Shown in pieces: positions 29,440 through 41,898 of a DNA stretch of 64,000 nt; position 1 is the first letter of the stretch; every line of letters starts with the position of its first letter. The notes under the pieces are model-generated. The model saw only the letters and a list, made by a program, of their open reading frames with translations, ran no database searches and was not told the origin of the DNA. The stretch comes from Verrucomicrobiota bacterium (GTDB taxonomy: Bacteria; Verrucomicrobiota; Verrucomicrobiia; Opitutales; Seribacteraceae), in the NCBI GenBank assembly GCA_027622665.1, contig JAQBYT010000001.1, forward strand, positions 32,001-96,000, given 5' to 3'. The translations under genes were made by a program, and so were the position numbers.

Positions 29440-30218
29440 TGGGTGGGTGCCTCCGAGTTCGAACTGCTGACGGCGGCAGGAACGGCTTGGTCGAAGGCCA
29501 CCTTATCAAAAACTTCCACCGCCCCATGCTTTTGCAGGATAACCGCCAATGGAATTGAAATGAATCCAAAGAAAATCACCCAGCCATAGAGAATGGCCAA
29601 ACTATCAAGCTTGCCACGCCAAGATTCTCGGCGGAGACCGAGAGATTGAAACATACTAGACACGCCATGAGTTAAGTGGCGACAAAGCAAAAACATGCAT
29701 AAAGCATAGACGGCGGACAACCACTCGGACCCAAAACCGGTAAGCACCATAAGATAAACGTCTTGCACCTCCGCTCCGTCAGACGCCGGAACATAAGTGG
29801 TAAGCTCCTTGTATTCAGGAAATACGGTTTGAGTGGTGAAATGAAGAATGTGGAATACGATAAAGGCAAACAGTATGGAACCCGTCAGCCCCATGTTGAG
29901 CGATGACCATCCGGACTTTTTAGTGACCTCCACATCATTTGACTTGGGACGCGAGGCACGGTTCTCCGCACATATTTTAGCAGCAGTCCAAGCATGGACG
30001 ACTACGACGGCAAGCAGAAACAATCTCGAACCCCACAACACAAACCAAGGAAGGGCTTTCAGTTGGTAAGCATAAGTATTAATAGCTTCAGCACCTGCAA
30101 ACATCTGCAGGTTGCCCGCCATGTGAACGAAGACAAAACCGACCAAGACAAAGCCCGAAAGAGCCATCAGGTATTTTTTTCCCAATGAACTGGAACAGAT
30201 AGAACAAATACTAGTCAC
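29436..30218 (-). CDS. sdhC: Succinate dehydrogenase cytochrome b558 subunit
   Basis: Five TM helices with haem His (HMAGN, VVHA, VFHILH, RHLTHG); first gene of the sdh operon. Confidence 0.93.
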   Translation of the reverse strand: MTSICSICSSSLGKKYLMALSGFVLVGFVFVHMAGNLQMFAGAEAINTYAYQLKALPWFVLWGSRLFLLAVVVVHAWTAAKICAENRASRPKSNDVEVTKKSGWSSLNMGLTGSILFAFIVFHILHFTTQTVFPEYKELTTYVPASDGAEVQDVYLMVLTGFGSEWLSAVYALCMFLLCRHLTHGVSSMFQSLGLRRESWRGKLDSLAILYGWVIFFGFISIPLAVILQKHGAVEVFDKVAFDQAVPAAVSSSNSEAPTQ

Positions 30219-30485
30219 AAAATAAAAGATTCAAAAGAAGTTGATATTTCCCTTTGAGCAAAAGGCAAGAAGAGACAAAAACCGAAATGAAGAACAGTTT
30301 CCGCCCAAAAACCGTTCAAGGCGCAACCCCTATTCATGCATCGAGGAATCGAGAGCAGGGTGCAGGCGATGGTGAGAACGCCAGAGATATAGTGTGTATG
30401 TCATGGAAAAAAAGATGATTACCGTTAACTTCACTTTGGGACGATCAAAAACAATCCAAAGTTACTGGACGACATACTGCAAAGG

Positions 30486-31574
30486 TCAACTTACTTTACG
30501 GAGCTTGGCGACGCGTCCCGTGGAAACCCACTCAACTACGAAAATGTTTCCGTCCTTATCAAAACAGGCGTCGTGAGGGTGTACGAATCGGCCCGCCTTC
30601 CATTGATCGCGCTTCCTGCGGAAACCTTTGCGGAGGGCCACCTTGCACCATTCCGGGTCGTCGCCAAGGTGAGTGATTGCCTTGTCTTCTTTGTCGAGCA
30701 AAGTGATGCGGGCGCCCAAGTCGGGCACGAGCATCAATTCGCCTTTCACATCGATGTCGGCGGGAAAGAGAAAATTGTCCAATGTCTTTAAAGTGCTTCA
30801 CCGGCCGCGGCGAACCATTGGAGACGCTTGTTGGCTCGATCGCATACGGCGAGTTTGGGTATGCCGTCACGAATGTCCAACTCATTGCCCGTGCGGTGTG
30901 CGAAACTATCCAGGGTCATTACCTCCACCGCCGATGGTACGCACATATTTATCGTTCTTGTCGAATTGGTGAAGGAAATTGCTCCCGTAACCATCGCCAA
31001 GACAGTAACCATCGTAACGCGAAAAACTAGTGTTGGTAGGACGATAACGCGACTTCGCTGCATATTTCCGGAAAGCTCGTCGAGAAGCTTCTTCCCTTTT
31101 CGCCAAACGACCTCTCCTCCCATCGTCATTTTCGTAAAACTCAGGTTGGAGTTGCCGGGAGACAGGTAGAGGCATTCCGTTCCGTCTTCATCTCGGATAT
31201 CGATTCCGTGCTCATTCGCCGCATGGATATCGCCCATCGATTTGACGAATTTCGCGCTTGGTTCGAACACAAAAACACTACCAAGCGTTTCATAGTGCGT
31301 AAAGTAGAACAACCCAGCTTTATCAACCGTCACTCGGTGAGATTGCGTTGCCATATAAGTGACCCTCGGACAAATCCCCCCAGTCATGATCAACCTGGTA
31401 AAGGAATTCCCCCTCACTCACCGGCAACACCTTATCCTTTTCCCGAGAGGTCGACACATTAGGTACGGCAAGCATGGTCGCCCCGGCAAAGGAAGCGTCA
31501 CGAACAAAACGACGACGACTCGCGAATTCTTTCTTCTCATTCCATATGGGAGCAGAGAAGATCATTATTTGCAC
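30486..31574 (-). pseudogene. Frameshifted Tat-exported NHL/PAL-like six-bladed beta-propeller gene
   Basis: Pieces in several frames: SRRRFVRDAS leader, YQVDHDWG, HGIDIRDEDG, RPTN..GDGYGS, CDRANKRLQWF, VPDLGARITLLD, FVHPHDACFDKDGNIFVVEW; multiple frameshifts and an internal stop. Confidence 0.8.
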
Positions 31575-31779
31575 TCAATCGTCAAGAGCGTGCCAAAGGT
31601 TTTTCAAGCCTCGGTTAATATGGTTCCGCCAAAGCAAACAAATCAGTCAGAGCAACCGACCTGTCCACGGATCGCCTAAATATTTACTGATGCTACGATA
31701 ACGATTCGCTGGAAGGAGATTTTTTTCGATCGTAAAAAATAAACCAGTGACCCCAATCCGTCGGGAAGAAGAGAAGTAA

Positions 31780-33468
<1,689 letters not shown>

Positions 33469-33555
33469 GCCTTTTCTGTGAGCCTCCAACCACAGGGCTC
33501 TTTCTTAAGTAGAACGACACGAGAATTCACAAAGCCATTCCTTCATCCTTGGTAA

Positions 33556-34440
33556 ATGGTTATCGACTGCCACGCTCATCGCTACCCACCGGCAGTATTT
33601 GCAAATCCCGCCGCTTTCGCGAACTCAAGAGGCGAAAAGCATTGGCAAAACTTGGTGGTGCCCGAAAAAGGGCCTACCATTCAAGGATGGGCCGACCGAG
33701 AAACCATGCTTGCCGATATGGATTCCGGAGGGGTGGACAAAGCCGTACTTCTAGGCTGGTACTGGGAAACGCCGGAAACTTGTGCCTTGCACAACAGGTG
33801 GCACGGCGAATGGATTCGGAAAGACCCCGAACGTTTCATTGCCTTTGCCTCCATTCATCCGCTTGCGGAGAAGGCGATCGACGAGCTTAAAGCTGCCCGG
33901 GACGAAGGCTTTCGCGGGATCGGTGAAATCCTGCCCGCAGTTCAAGGGTTTTCAATGCGTGACCCGAATTGGCTCAAGATTGTCGAGTTCGCAGTCGAAA
34001 CCGGTTGGCCTATCAATTTCCATGTCAGCGAACCAGTCGGGCATCCTCATCCTGGCAGGATGCCCTCCCCTTTCGAGGGTTTTCAATGGTTGGCTGAGAC
34101 CTATCCCGAGCTAAAAATAATCCTCGCCCACTGGGGAGGGTTGCTGCCTTTCTACGAGCTCAACGAGCATGTCCGAAAAAGCTTCGCCAACGTTTGGTAC
34201 GATGTTGCAGCCAGTCCCTTGCTCTACGATTCCAAGGTTTTTCGTTCCGTGGTAGATGTTGTCGGCTCGGAAAAGGTGCTGTACGGGTCAGACTATCCTT
34301 TACGCCTCTACCCCGGCAAGCAGGAGAAACCTGACTTCTCTACCTTTCTTGCCGAAATTCAAGATGCTGGACTTACCGAATCGGAACGAAAAAATATTCT
34401 CGGCGACAACGCCTCCCGTCTGTTTGGATTGGAAAAGTGA
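33556..34440 (+). CDS. Amidohydrolase-2 family metal-dependent hydrolase
   Basis: IDCHAH, GIGE, FHVSEPVGH, ILAHWGG, YGSDYP. Confidence 0.88.
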   Translation: MVIDCHAHRYPPAVFANPAAFANSRGEKHWQNLVVPEKGPTIQGWADRETMLADMDSGGVDKAVLLGWYWETPETCALHNRWHGEWIRKDPERFIAFASIHPLAEKAIDELKAARDEGFRGIGEILPAVQGFSMRDPNWLKIVEFAVETGWPINFHVSEPVGHPHPGRMPSPFEGFQWLAETYPELKIILAHWGGLLPFYELNEHVRKSFANVWYDVAASPLLYDSKVFRSVVDVVGSEKVLYGSDYPLRLYPGKQEKPDFSTFLAEIQDAGLTESERKNILGDNASRLFGLEK

Positions 34441-34450
34441 TCGTCCACGA

Positions 34451-35086
34451 ATGAAAATCGAACTGCAGCAAGTACTTCCCGAGCCCATTCCGGAAAAAGC
34501 GCTGAATGCGTCCAGGGTGTGGGGATCGGCACTAGTCCTTGACTCGGGCAAGCGTCATCTTGTCTCCGGTGTCTCGGGTCGAGGAAAGAGTACACTCCTT
34601 CATGTCATCTATGGAATTCGCAAGGATTTCAAGGGACGACTGCTGATCGACGACAAGGACTCCTCCGCCTTTACGGAAGAGGATTGGACCCACCTTCGCT
34701 CACGCCAAGTGGCCCTTCTTTTCCAAGACCTTCGCCTCTTTCCAAACCTAACCGCTCGCGAAAACATGGAGCTTCTTCCCGTCCGCGACGAAGCCGCTCT
34801 GTCCACCGAAACCATGGCCGAACGTCTCGGTGTAGCCGAATATCTGGAGAAACCCTGCGGCATCCTTTCGCAGGGGCAACGTCAGCGGATGTCACTCATC
34901 CGGACTCTTTCCCGTTCCTTTGAAATCCTCCTCTTGGACGAACCATTCAGCCACCTCGACGACGAAAACACTCGAAAAGCATGGAACCTCATCGAGGAAG
35001 AGCTCAAGCGGAGACATGCAGGCCTTGTTCTTTCTTCCCTCGACGAAGTCTCGGACTTCGCCATCGACCACAAGTGGAAACTGTGA
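34451..35086 (+). CDS. ABC transporter ATP-binding protein
   Basis: GVSGRGKST Walker A, FQDLRLF Q-loop, LSQGQRQR signature, LLLDEPFSHLD. Confidence 0.92.
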   Translation: MKIELQQVLPEPIPEKALNASRVWGSALVLDSGKRHLVSGVSGRGKSTLLHVIYGIRKDFKGRLLIDDKDSSAFTEEDWTHLRSRQVALLFQDLRLFPNLTARENMELLPVRDEAALSTETMAERLGVAEYLEKPCGILSQGQRQRMSLIRTLSRSFEILLLDEPFSHLDDENTRKAWNLIEEELKRRHAGLVLSSLDEVSDFAIDHKWKL

Positions 35087-36471
35087 GCGTCCGAATCGAA
35101 CAACTTATGGCGAAGGCCCTTGGGGTTCGCGGTCCCCGCCGGGAACTGGCCATTGCCGTCACAGGATGTTTCATGGGCACTGTTACATTGCTCGCCGCCG
35201 TTCAGTTTTTCCACGATACGAGCGCGGTCATTGCAGAACGCGAACCGCCACGGAACTTCTTTACGGTCAATAAACGAGTGGAAGGCGGAGCCCTCGCCAA
35301 TCTCGGAAAAAACGACGAAGGGTTCTCGCCCGAGGAAATCACCGCCATCGGCACCCGTCCCGAAGTGCAGGGAGTGGGCGTCTTCAAGAGAAATCGCTTT
35401 CCCGTCGAAATCCACATTTGGCCTGCGGGAAAGGTGGGATTGGGCGAGGCTGCCAAGGCAGATGTATTCTTTGAGACTGTGCCGGACGAATTCATCGACG
35501 CCAAGCCAGACGGATGGGACTGGAACGAAAGCTCCACCCATGTGCCGCTCATCATTCCGAAGTTTTATCTCGACCTGTGGAACTTCGGTTTTGCCCCAAC
35601 GCGCGTCGAGTACCCTGCCCTTTCGTCCAAGGCCGCCCTCGGCATACCCATCGAAATCTTTCTAGGCAAGAGACGAGACGCCTCGCAAAACGGACGATTC
35701 GTCGCCTTCAGCCGTCGCATCAACAGCATACTTGTTCCCGCGAGCTTTCTCGAATGGGCAAACGCAAACTATGCCCAGCCGGACGTCACGGGATACTGGT
35801 TCCTGTGGTTGGAGGGAGCAGTGGACGGCCCTCCACGCACCAGGGAACAGTTGCTGACCATACTGGAGGCAAACGCTTCCGCCACCGCCGAATTCTCCCC
35901 CCTGAACGACCCCGCGGCCCGCCGTCCACTCACAGCACTTCTCCAAGAAGAGGAAAAGGCGCCTTCGCCTTCGCGTCTAATTGTCCGAGTGGACGAGGCG
36001 CCCACCGAGGCACTCCTTTCCTTTCTTAGTGAACAGGGATACGAGATAAATCGAGAACTCCCCGAACACGACTTGCTGAACGACGCGTCAAAGTGGGCTT
36101 TCTCCATAGTCGGAGCCATCGGATTATTGCTTTCACTCCTCTCAGTAGCCACCTTTTCGGCCAGTTACCGATTAGTCGTTACGCGCGCAGCAACGCCAGT
36201 AAGAGATCTTCTGCACCTTGGCTTTTCTCATCGTACCGTAACAACCGCTTTCATTCACCGCTTCCTCAAGCTGTTCGGGGTGGTATTCGCCGCTAGCCTC
36301 CTCTTCACCTGGTTGCTCAAAATCGCTCTTCAGGGACAAGCCCAATCCTATGAACTGACAGTTCCCTCGGGTCTATCACTTGTCACCCTTGTCGCAGCGG
36401 TCCTCTACGCCGGGTCTTTCGTCGCGGTAAACGTGGCCGTAATACGCGATGCCGTGCGCAAGCTCGGATGA
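35083..36471 (+). CDS. FtsX/MacB-like ABC permease
   Basis: GTG 35083 overlaps the ATPase stop; one N-terminal TM, a large soluble domain and three C-terminal TMs with the LLHLGFS loop. Confidence 0.75.
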   Translation: MSVRIEQLMAKALGVRGPRRELAIAVTGCFMGTVTLLAAVQFFHDTSAVIAEREPPRNFFTVNKRVEGGALANLGKNDEGFSPEEITAIGTRPEVQGVGVFKRNRFPVEIHIWPAGKVGLGEAAKADVFFETVPDEFIDAKPDGWDWNESSTHVPLIIPKFYLDLWNFGFAPTRVEYPALSSKAALGIPIEIFLGKRRDASQNGRFVAFSRRINSILVPASFLEWANANYAQPDVTGYWFLWLEGAVDGPPRTREQLLTILEANASATAEFSPLNDPAARRPLTALLQEEEKAPSPSRLIVRVDEAPTEALLSFLSEQGYEINRELPEHDLLNDASKWAFSIVGAIGLLLSLLSVATFSASYRLVVTRAATPVRDLLHLGFSHRTVTTAFIHRFLKLFGVVFAASLLFTWLLKIALQGQAQSYELTVPSGLSLVTLVAAVLYAGSFVAVNVAVIRDAVRKLG

Positions 36472-37549
36472 AAGGTCAAGGAGCACGCCCCAAAAGGCTA
36501 AAGCGGGAGATCCCCTTTCCTCCATCCCGGAAAGACAAAAACACCTTTTCATTTATCGATCTCTTCGCCGGTATGGGCGGTTTTCGCCTTGCGATGCAAC
36601 AGCTCGGGGGGGCGTTGCGTCTTTTCCGGCGAGTGGGATCGCCGGGCTCAAAAGACCTATGAGGCCAACTTCGGAGAGGTCCTCTCCGGAGACATCACCA
36701 AGATCAGAGCCGACAAAGTACCCGAACACGACATTCTTTGCGCCGGGTTCCCCTGCCAAGCCTTCAACACTGGCTGGTCAACGCCGAGGTATCGAGGATA
36801 CTCGAGGCACCCTTTTCTTCGATATCGCCCGAACCCTCAAGGCCAAGCGACCCGCTGTCTTTTTCCTTGAGAACCTCAAGGGACTCATGAGTCACCGGGG
36901 CGGACAAACCCTCGCTGCAATTCTCTGCGCACTAAGGGACGAACTCGCATATTTCGTTCCCACTCCACAAGTCATTAAGGCCGAAGATCATGGCGTACCA
37001 CAAAAGCGTGGACATGTTTTCCCAGTCGAATTCCACAGTGACTTAAATATAAATAGATTTAATTATACATCTCCAAGCAAAGTCTGAACACCCTTTTCCA
37101 AGGTAAAGGAGAAGCATCCTGTCTCCGCCCGTTACTATCTTTCCACTAGGTATCTTCAGCCTCTTCGCTCTCATCGTGCTCGACACGAGGGAACAGGAAA
37201 CGGCTTTGGTTTCGAGATTATTCGTAACGATCAGGTTGCCAATACCATTGTTCTCGACGGCATGGGTCGTGGACGCAACCGAGTGATCGATCATCGGCTG
37301 AAAGACTTCACTCCCCTTACAAACATAATGGGTGAAGTTAACCGCGAAGGCATTCGGCACATGACTCCTCGGGAGTGGGTTCGCCTCCAAGGCTACCCCG
37401 ACGAATTTTCAATTCCTGTTTCCGACACTCAAGCCTATAAACAATTTGCCAATTCCGTAGCCGTTCCAGCCGTTAAGGCTACGGCGACCTTAATACTGGA
37501 GACTTTATTAGCTCAAGCCAAGGATTCTCGAATCTCCCCTACGGCATAG
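36468..37549 (+). pseudogene. Frameshifted DNA (cytosine-5)-methyltransferase, M.HpaII-like
   Basis: FIDLFAGMGG (motif I), AGFPCQAF (IV), RGTLFFD, FLENLKGL (VI), GVPQKR (VIII), MTPREWVRLQGYPD, YKQFANSVAVP (X) spread over at least four frame segments. Confidence 0.9.
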
Positions 37550-37639
37550 CTCTAGACGATCAATTTCCGCGAAAAGGATACAGTCTCACATCACTAATAC
37601 TGCTCTTGCCAATCTAGGTTCGAGCAATAGGTGCTTTTC

Positions 37640-39080
37640 AGTTAATGCCCTCGAGAAACGACAAGTAAAAGGGCTTGGCGGGCAATCGGATCCGGTCCGG
37701 GCTCGTCCAAAAGAGGCTGTTACCTCATTTTTCGTGACCGGGAGGGAGCTGCCCACTGCCGCCGAACTGGGTAACGGCATTGGCAAGGCGTTTGAAAGAC
37801 TCGTTCCCCTTGATAGTGATCTGCTGACCCCGTTCGGCCATGTAACAGTTGGTCGATGAAGAGATCAAGAAGTTCAAGCGCCTCGACAATTCCGACCAAG
37901 TGCTCTGCATGATCGTGGACGGCGAACCCAACGCAGCCGTCAAGACCGACCTTGTGCAGGAGGAGTGCTTTCCCGAGGCTGCGAAGTATGAGCTTCGAAA
38001 TTTCGACCCGACCTCAAGCTCCGCGATCTGGCTCGCAAGCAGATGCGACTCGCCATCCTAAGCTCCTTTTCCTTCTCCCTCGTCGCAGTGATGGCCGGAT
38101 TGACCTTCTGGGCCCTCAACCGGCAGCAGGAGCCGATCGCCAACGCCAGCAGACCGTCCAAGCCCAAAAAAATGCTGGTCGGCGTGAAATTGCCGCAGGG
38201 AGCAGAAAATCAACGTGATGTGGCTCTCCCAGCTTAAAAGTTTGCAAAAACTGAAAAGGAAAAGGCGTACACGAAAACACTTCAAGACTATCGCCTTGGC
38301 TCAAACATGGGAATTGCTTTAGTCTCCGCCGCAAAAGAATCGTCACTGGTAGTGGGGCAGCCTAATGCCACTTTGCCAGTCTGCAATGATCTCCCTAGAG
38401 GAACATCAAGGCACAGTCTATTCTTCAACCTTTTACCTTGAACCGCAAGCCCTTGGGTACTGCAAGTCATTACGGGACGGCTAAAATATGGAACGCTGAG
38501 TCCGACAAGAAATTGCTCATCCTGAAGGGGCATAAAGGCTTTGTAGTATCCATAGCATTCTCCTCGGACAGTGGACGCGTGCTAACCAGTGGGCTCTGAC
38601 AGGACTGCGGAAATTCGGGAGGCCGAGACAGGCGTGAATGAGTTGCCGCTAAAGCAATATGACGTAGCAATTTCTTCAGATGATCGGTTCCTCGCTACCT
38701 CGAGCAATGACCATTCTGCCAAGATCCGAAACGCGGAAACGGGGAAGGAATTTCTCGCCCTGTGGGGGCATGAAAAGGTCGTTTCCCGCGCAGCCTTCTT
38801 CCATGACGAGCGGCGAGTGATCACGGGGAGTTATGACGGCACTGCGAAGATCCGGGATGCCGGGACCGGTGAGGAACTGGTGGCGTTGAAGGCGCAGGCA
38901 GGCATCGTTGTATCCGTAGTCTTTTCTATGGATGGTCGAGGAGTGCTTACGGTGGGCCATGACCACACGGTGAATTTCTGGGATGCCGTCGATTGGTCCC
39001 TAATCAAAGAAGAGTACCCCGAACACCAGAGGCAATGCTACGAAGAGTGGCTTAAGGCCAACGTCTCATACCACGAGTGA
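37640..39080 (+). pseudogene. Degraded TIR-domain + TM + WD40-repeat gene
   Basis: Reconstructed P-I-FRDRE-ELPTAAELG, LIVIC*, VDEEIKKFKRL...IVDGEP..EECFP (TIR_2-like); WD40 repeats AKIWNAES..LKGHKGFVVSIAFSSD and LWGHEKVV..ITGSYDGTAKI; many indels and stops. Confidence 0.75.
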
Positions 39081-39107
39081 TTATTTGTAAGGGAAGAAGA
39101 TCCTTTC

Positions 39108-41702
39108 TCAGCTCACCTTCATCACCAACTTGTCGTCCTTGATGGAGAAGGTGACATCTGCTCCTTCTTCAACTTCACCGGCCACGAGAGCACGAGCAAG
39201 CTGAGTCTCCACCTGCTTCTGGAGAAAACGCTTGAGCGGGCGGGCCCCGTAGGTCGGATCATATCCTTTTTCGCCAATCCACTTCTTGGCCGAAGAGGTG
39301 AAGGATACGGAAACCTTGCGGTCCTCGAGGCGCTTGTTGAGCCCAGCGAGCAGGAGATCAACGATCTCCGTGATTTCCTCGAGAGAGAGAGGCTTGAAGA
39401 GAACAACGTCGTCGATCCGATTGAGAAACTCAGGGCGAAAATGATCACGCAGGTCGGCTAAAACGGATTCGCGAACGCTCTCGGAGATTTCGCAGTCGAC
39501 AACGTTGTCCTGTAGGTAGCGACTGCCGACGTTGGATGTCATGATGACGACGACATTCTTGAAGTCGACGGTGCGGCCTTGGGAATCCGTGAGGCGCCCA
39601 TCGTCCATGAGCTGTAACAATACGTTGAAGACATCGGGGTGCGCTTTCTCGATTTCATCGAACAGGATAACCGAATAGGGCTTACGCCGAACGGCCTCGG
39701 TGAGCTGACCGCCCTCCTCGTAGCCGACGTAACCAGGAGGAGCTCCGATCAAGCGGGCCACGGAATGCTTTTCCATATACTCAGACATGTCGATGCGGAT
39801 AATATTGTCTTCGCTGTCGAATAGGCTTTCGGCGAGGGTCTTGGCCAGCTCGGTCTTCCCTACCCCGGTGGGCCCGAGAAAGAGAAAGGAACCGATCGGG
39901 CGATTTGGATCCTTGATCCCTGCTCGGGCTCTAAGGATGGCCTCGACTACCGCATCTACGGCTTCTTCCTGCCCGATCACTCGCTCGTGCAAAATGTTAT
40001 GCAGGCGCAAAAGCTTTTGCTTTTCTCCCTCGATCAGCTTGGTCACGGGCACTCCGGTCCAGCGGGCTACGATATCGGCGATTTCCTCGGCAGTCACCTC
40101 CTCCTTGAGCAGGGTGTCCTTCTTCTCCGCTTTTTCGAGTTTTTCGAGTTCCGCCTCGAGGGTGGGCAGTTTCCCATGTTTAAGCTCGGCGACGAGGTTT
40201 AGGTCGTAAGCCCGCTCGGCCCGCTCCATTTCAGCACGAGTGGATTCTATTTGTTCGCGAAGGACGCGAATGTCGTCGATGTCCTTGCGCTCGCCTTCCC
40301 AGCGTCGCTTGAAAGTTTCCATCTTGTCCCGGGCATTGCCCAGTTCCTTGCGGAGAGTCTCCAGGCGCTCATTGCTGGCCTTGTCCTTCTCCTGCTTGAG
40401 GGCGGTTTCCTCGATCTCGAGTTGGAGCACTCTACGACTGATCTCGTCGAGCTCGGCAGGCATGCTGTCGAGCTCAGTGCGAATCATGGCGCAGGCCTCG
40501 TCCACAAGGTCGATCGCCTTGTCGGGAAGGAAGCGGTCAGAGATATAGCGATTGGAGAGAACGGCGGCATTGACAAGTGCCTCGTCGCGAATGTTCACCC
40601 CGTGGTGAATTTCGAAGCGCTCGCTCAAACCGCGGAGGATGGAGATGGTGTCCTCTACGTTCGGTTGGTCCACTAGAATGGTTTGAAAACGTCGTTCGAG
40701 TGCGGCGTCCTTTTCGACGTGGAGGCGATACTCGTTGAGCGTTGTGGCGCCGATGCAGTGCAGTTCGCCCCGAGCGAGCATGGGCTTGAGCATGTTGCCC
40801 GCGTCAATCGCGCCCTCGGCCTTGCCCGCGCCGACGATGGTGTGCATTTCGTCGATAAAGAGTACGATGCGACCCTCGGCTTTGCTCACCTCGGTCAAAA
40901 CGGACTTAAGACGTTCCTCGAATTCGCCTCGAAACTTTGCCCCTGCGAGCAGAGAGCCCATGTCTAAGGTGAAAATGGTCTTGCCCTTGAGACCCTCAGG
41001 CACGTCTCCCCGCACGATCCGCTGGGCGAGACCTTCCACAATGGCGGTCTTCCCCACTCCTGGTTCGCCGATGAGGACGGGGTTGTTCTTGGTCTTGCGC
41101 GAGAGAATCCTAATGACTCGTCGAATTTCGCTGTCGCGACCGATGACGGGATCGAGCTTACCCAACTTAGCCTGCTCGACCAAGTCGATGCCGAACTTCT
41201 TGAGGGCGCGAAAAGTGTTCTCGGGTGTCTTGCTGGTAACACGTTGACCGCCTCGCATTTCCTCAAGGGCCTTGCGTGCCTTTTTTTCGGAAAGTACGAA
41301 ATTCTTGAAGAACTTTGTAAGGGATGCCGGTTTACCCACGGTGATCAGGCCAAGAAAAAGGTGCTCGGTGCTGACATAATCGTCTTCCATCGCAGCGGAA
41401 ACGGAATGAGACTTTTCGACTGCCTCGGTAAGGGCTTGTGAGGCATAGGAACGAGCCGTGTTCACATTGCCGGCTATTTTCGGAAGCCGACCAAGTTCGC
41501 GCTCCAAAGACAACTGCACGGCCGCGACTCCAATCCCCATCTCCTCCAGTAAGGAGGGAACGATTCCGTGTTCCTGTCGGACGAGGGCAGCCAAGAGGTG
41601 CCAAACATCGACTTCCTGTTGGCCATTACGCTGAGCCACCTCCGCCATCTCGCGAATGGCTCCGATTCCCATTTCCGTGAATTTTTCGGAGTCTATGTTC
41701 AT
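39108..41702 (-). CDS. clpB: ATP-dependent chaperone ClpB
   Basis: [16 protein letters not shown], coiled-coil middle domain, [26 protein letters not shown]. Confidence 0.97.
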   Translation of the reverse strand: MNIDSEKFTEMGIGAIREMAEVAQRNGQQEVDVWHLLAALVRQEHGIVPSLLEEMGIGVAAVQLSLERELGRLPKIAGNVNTARSYASQALTEAVEKSHSVSAAMEDDYVSTEHLFLGLITVGKPASLTKFFKNFVLSEKKARKALEEMRGGQRVTSKTPENTFRALKKFGIDLVEQAKLGKLDPVIGRDSEIRRVIRILSRKTKNNPVLIGEPGVGKTAIVEGLAQRIVRGDVPEGLKGKTIFTLDMGSLLAGAKFRGEFEERLKSVLTEVSKAEGRIVLFIDEMHTIVGAGKAEGAIDAGNMLKPMLARGELHCIGATTLNEYRLHVEKDAALERRFQTILVDQPNVEDTISILRGLSERFEIHHGVNIRDEALVNAAVLSNRYISDRFLPDKAIDLVDEACAMIRTELDSMPAELDEISRRVLQLEIEETALKQEKDKASNERLETLRKELGNARDKMETFKRRWEGERKDIDDIRVLREQIESTRAEMERAERAYDLNLVAELKHGKLPTLEAELEKLEKAEKKDTLLKEEVTAEEIADIVARWTGVPVTKLIEGEKQKLLRLHNILHERVIGQEEAVDAVVEAILRARAGIKDPNRPIGSFLFLGPTGVGKTELAKTLAESLFDSEDNIIRIDMSEYMEKHSVARLIGAPPGYVGYEEGGQLTEAVRRKPYSVILFDEIEKAHPDVFNVLLQLMDDGRLTDSQGRTVDFKNVVVIMTSNVGSRYLQDNVVDCEISESVRESVLADLRDHFRPEFLNRIDDVVLFKPLSLEEITEIVDLLLAGLNKRLEDRKVSVSFTSSAKKWIGEKGYDPTYGARPLKRFLQKQVETQLARALVAGEVEEGADVTFSIKDDKLVMKVS

Positions 41703-41714
41703 TACAATGCCTTG

Positions 41715-41730
41715 TGCAGGTTGCGTACCG
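41715..41730 (-). promoter_or_regulatory. Candidate sigma-54 (-24/-12) promoter of clpB
   Basis: Minus strand CGGTACGCAACCTGCA = GG-N10-GC immediately upstream of the ATG at 41702. Confidence 0.55.
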
Positions 41731-41898
41731 ATTAAGGTAGGCATCTGAAATTGAATTCTTTTCTGAATATCAATAACTTACGAGACCGAAAGTTGAGTTT
41801 GTTAGGGTCAATGTTTCGATGCGGGGCATAAAGTGGGTCATTCTGTCTCTTCTTCGAGAAAGCTTGCCTTGGCGGGTTCATGCATCTTTGCAGAAGGT

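Noticed and set aside
31568..31596. CIRCE-like TTTGCACTC-N9-GAG(CG)TGCCAA, overlapping a sigma-54-like TGGCACG on the minus strand
   Set aside because: The right CIRCE arm needs a 2-nt insertion, the -12 GC is absent at correct spacing, and no chaperone gene is adjacent; chance match or decayed site
36606..36612. G7 tract as a phase-variation switch for the methyltransferase
   Set aside because: Further independent frameshifts, a stop and motif substitutions downstream mean slippage alone could not restore the gene
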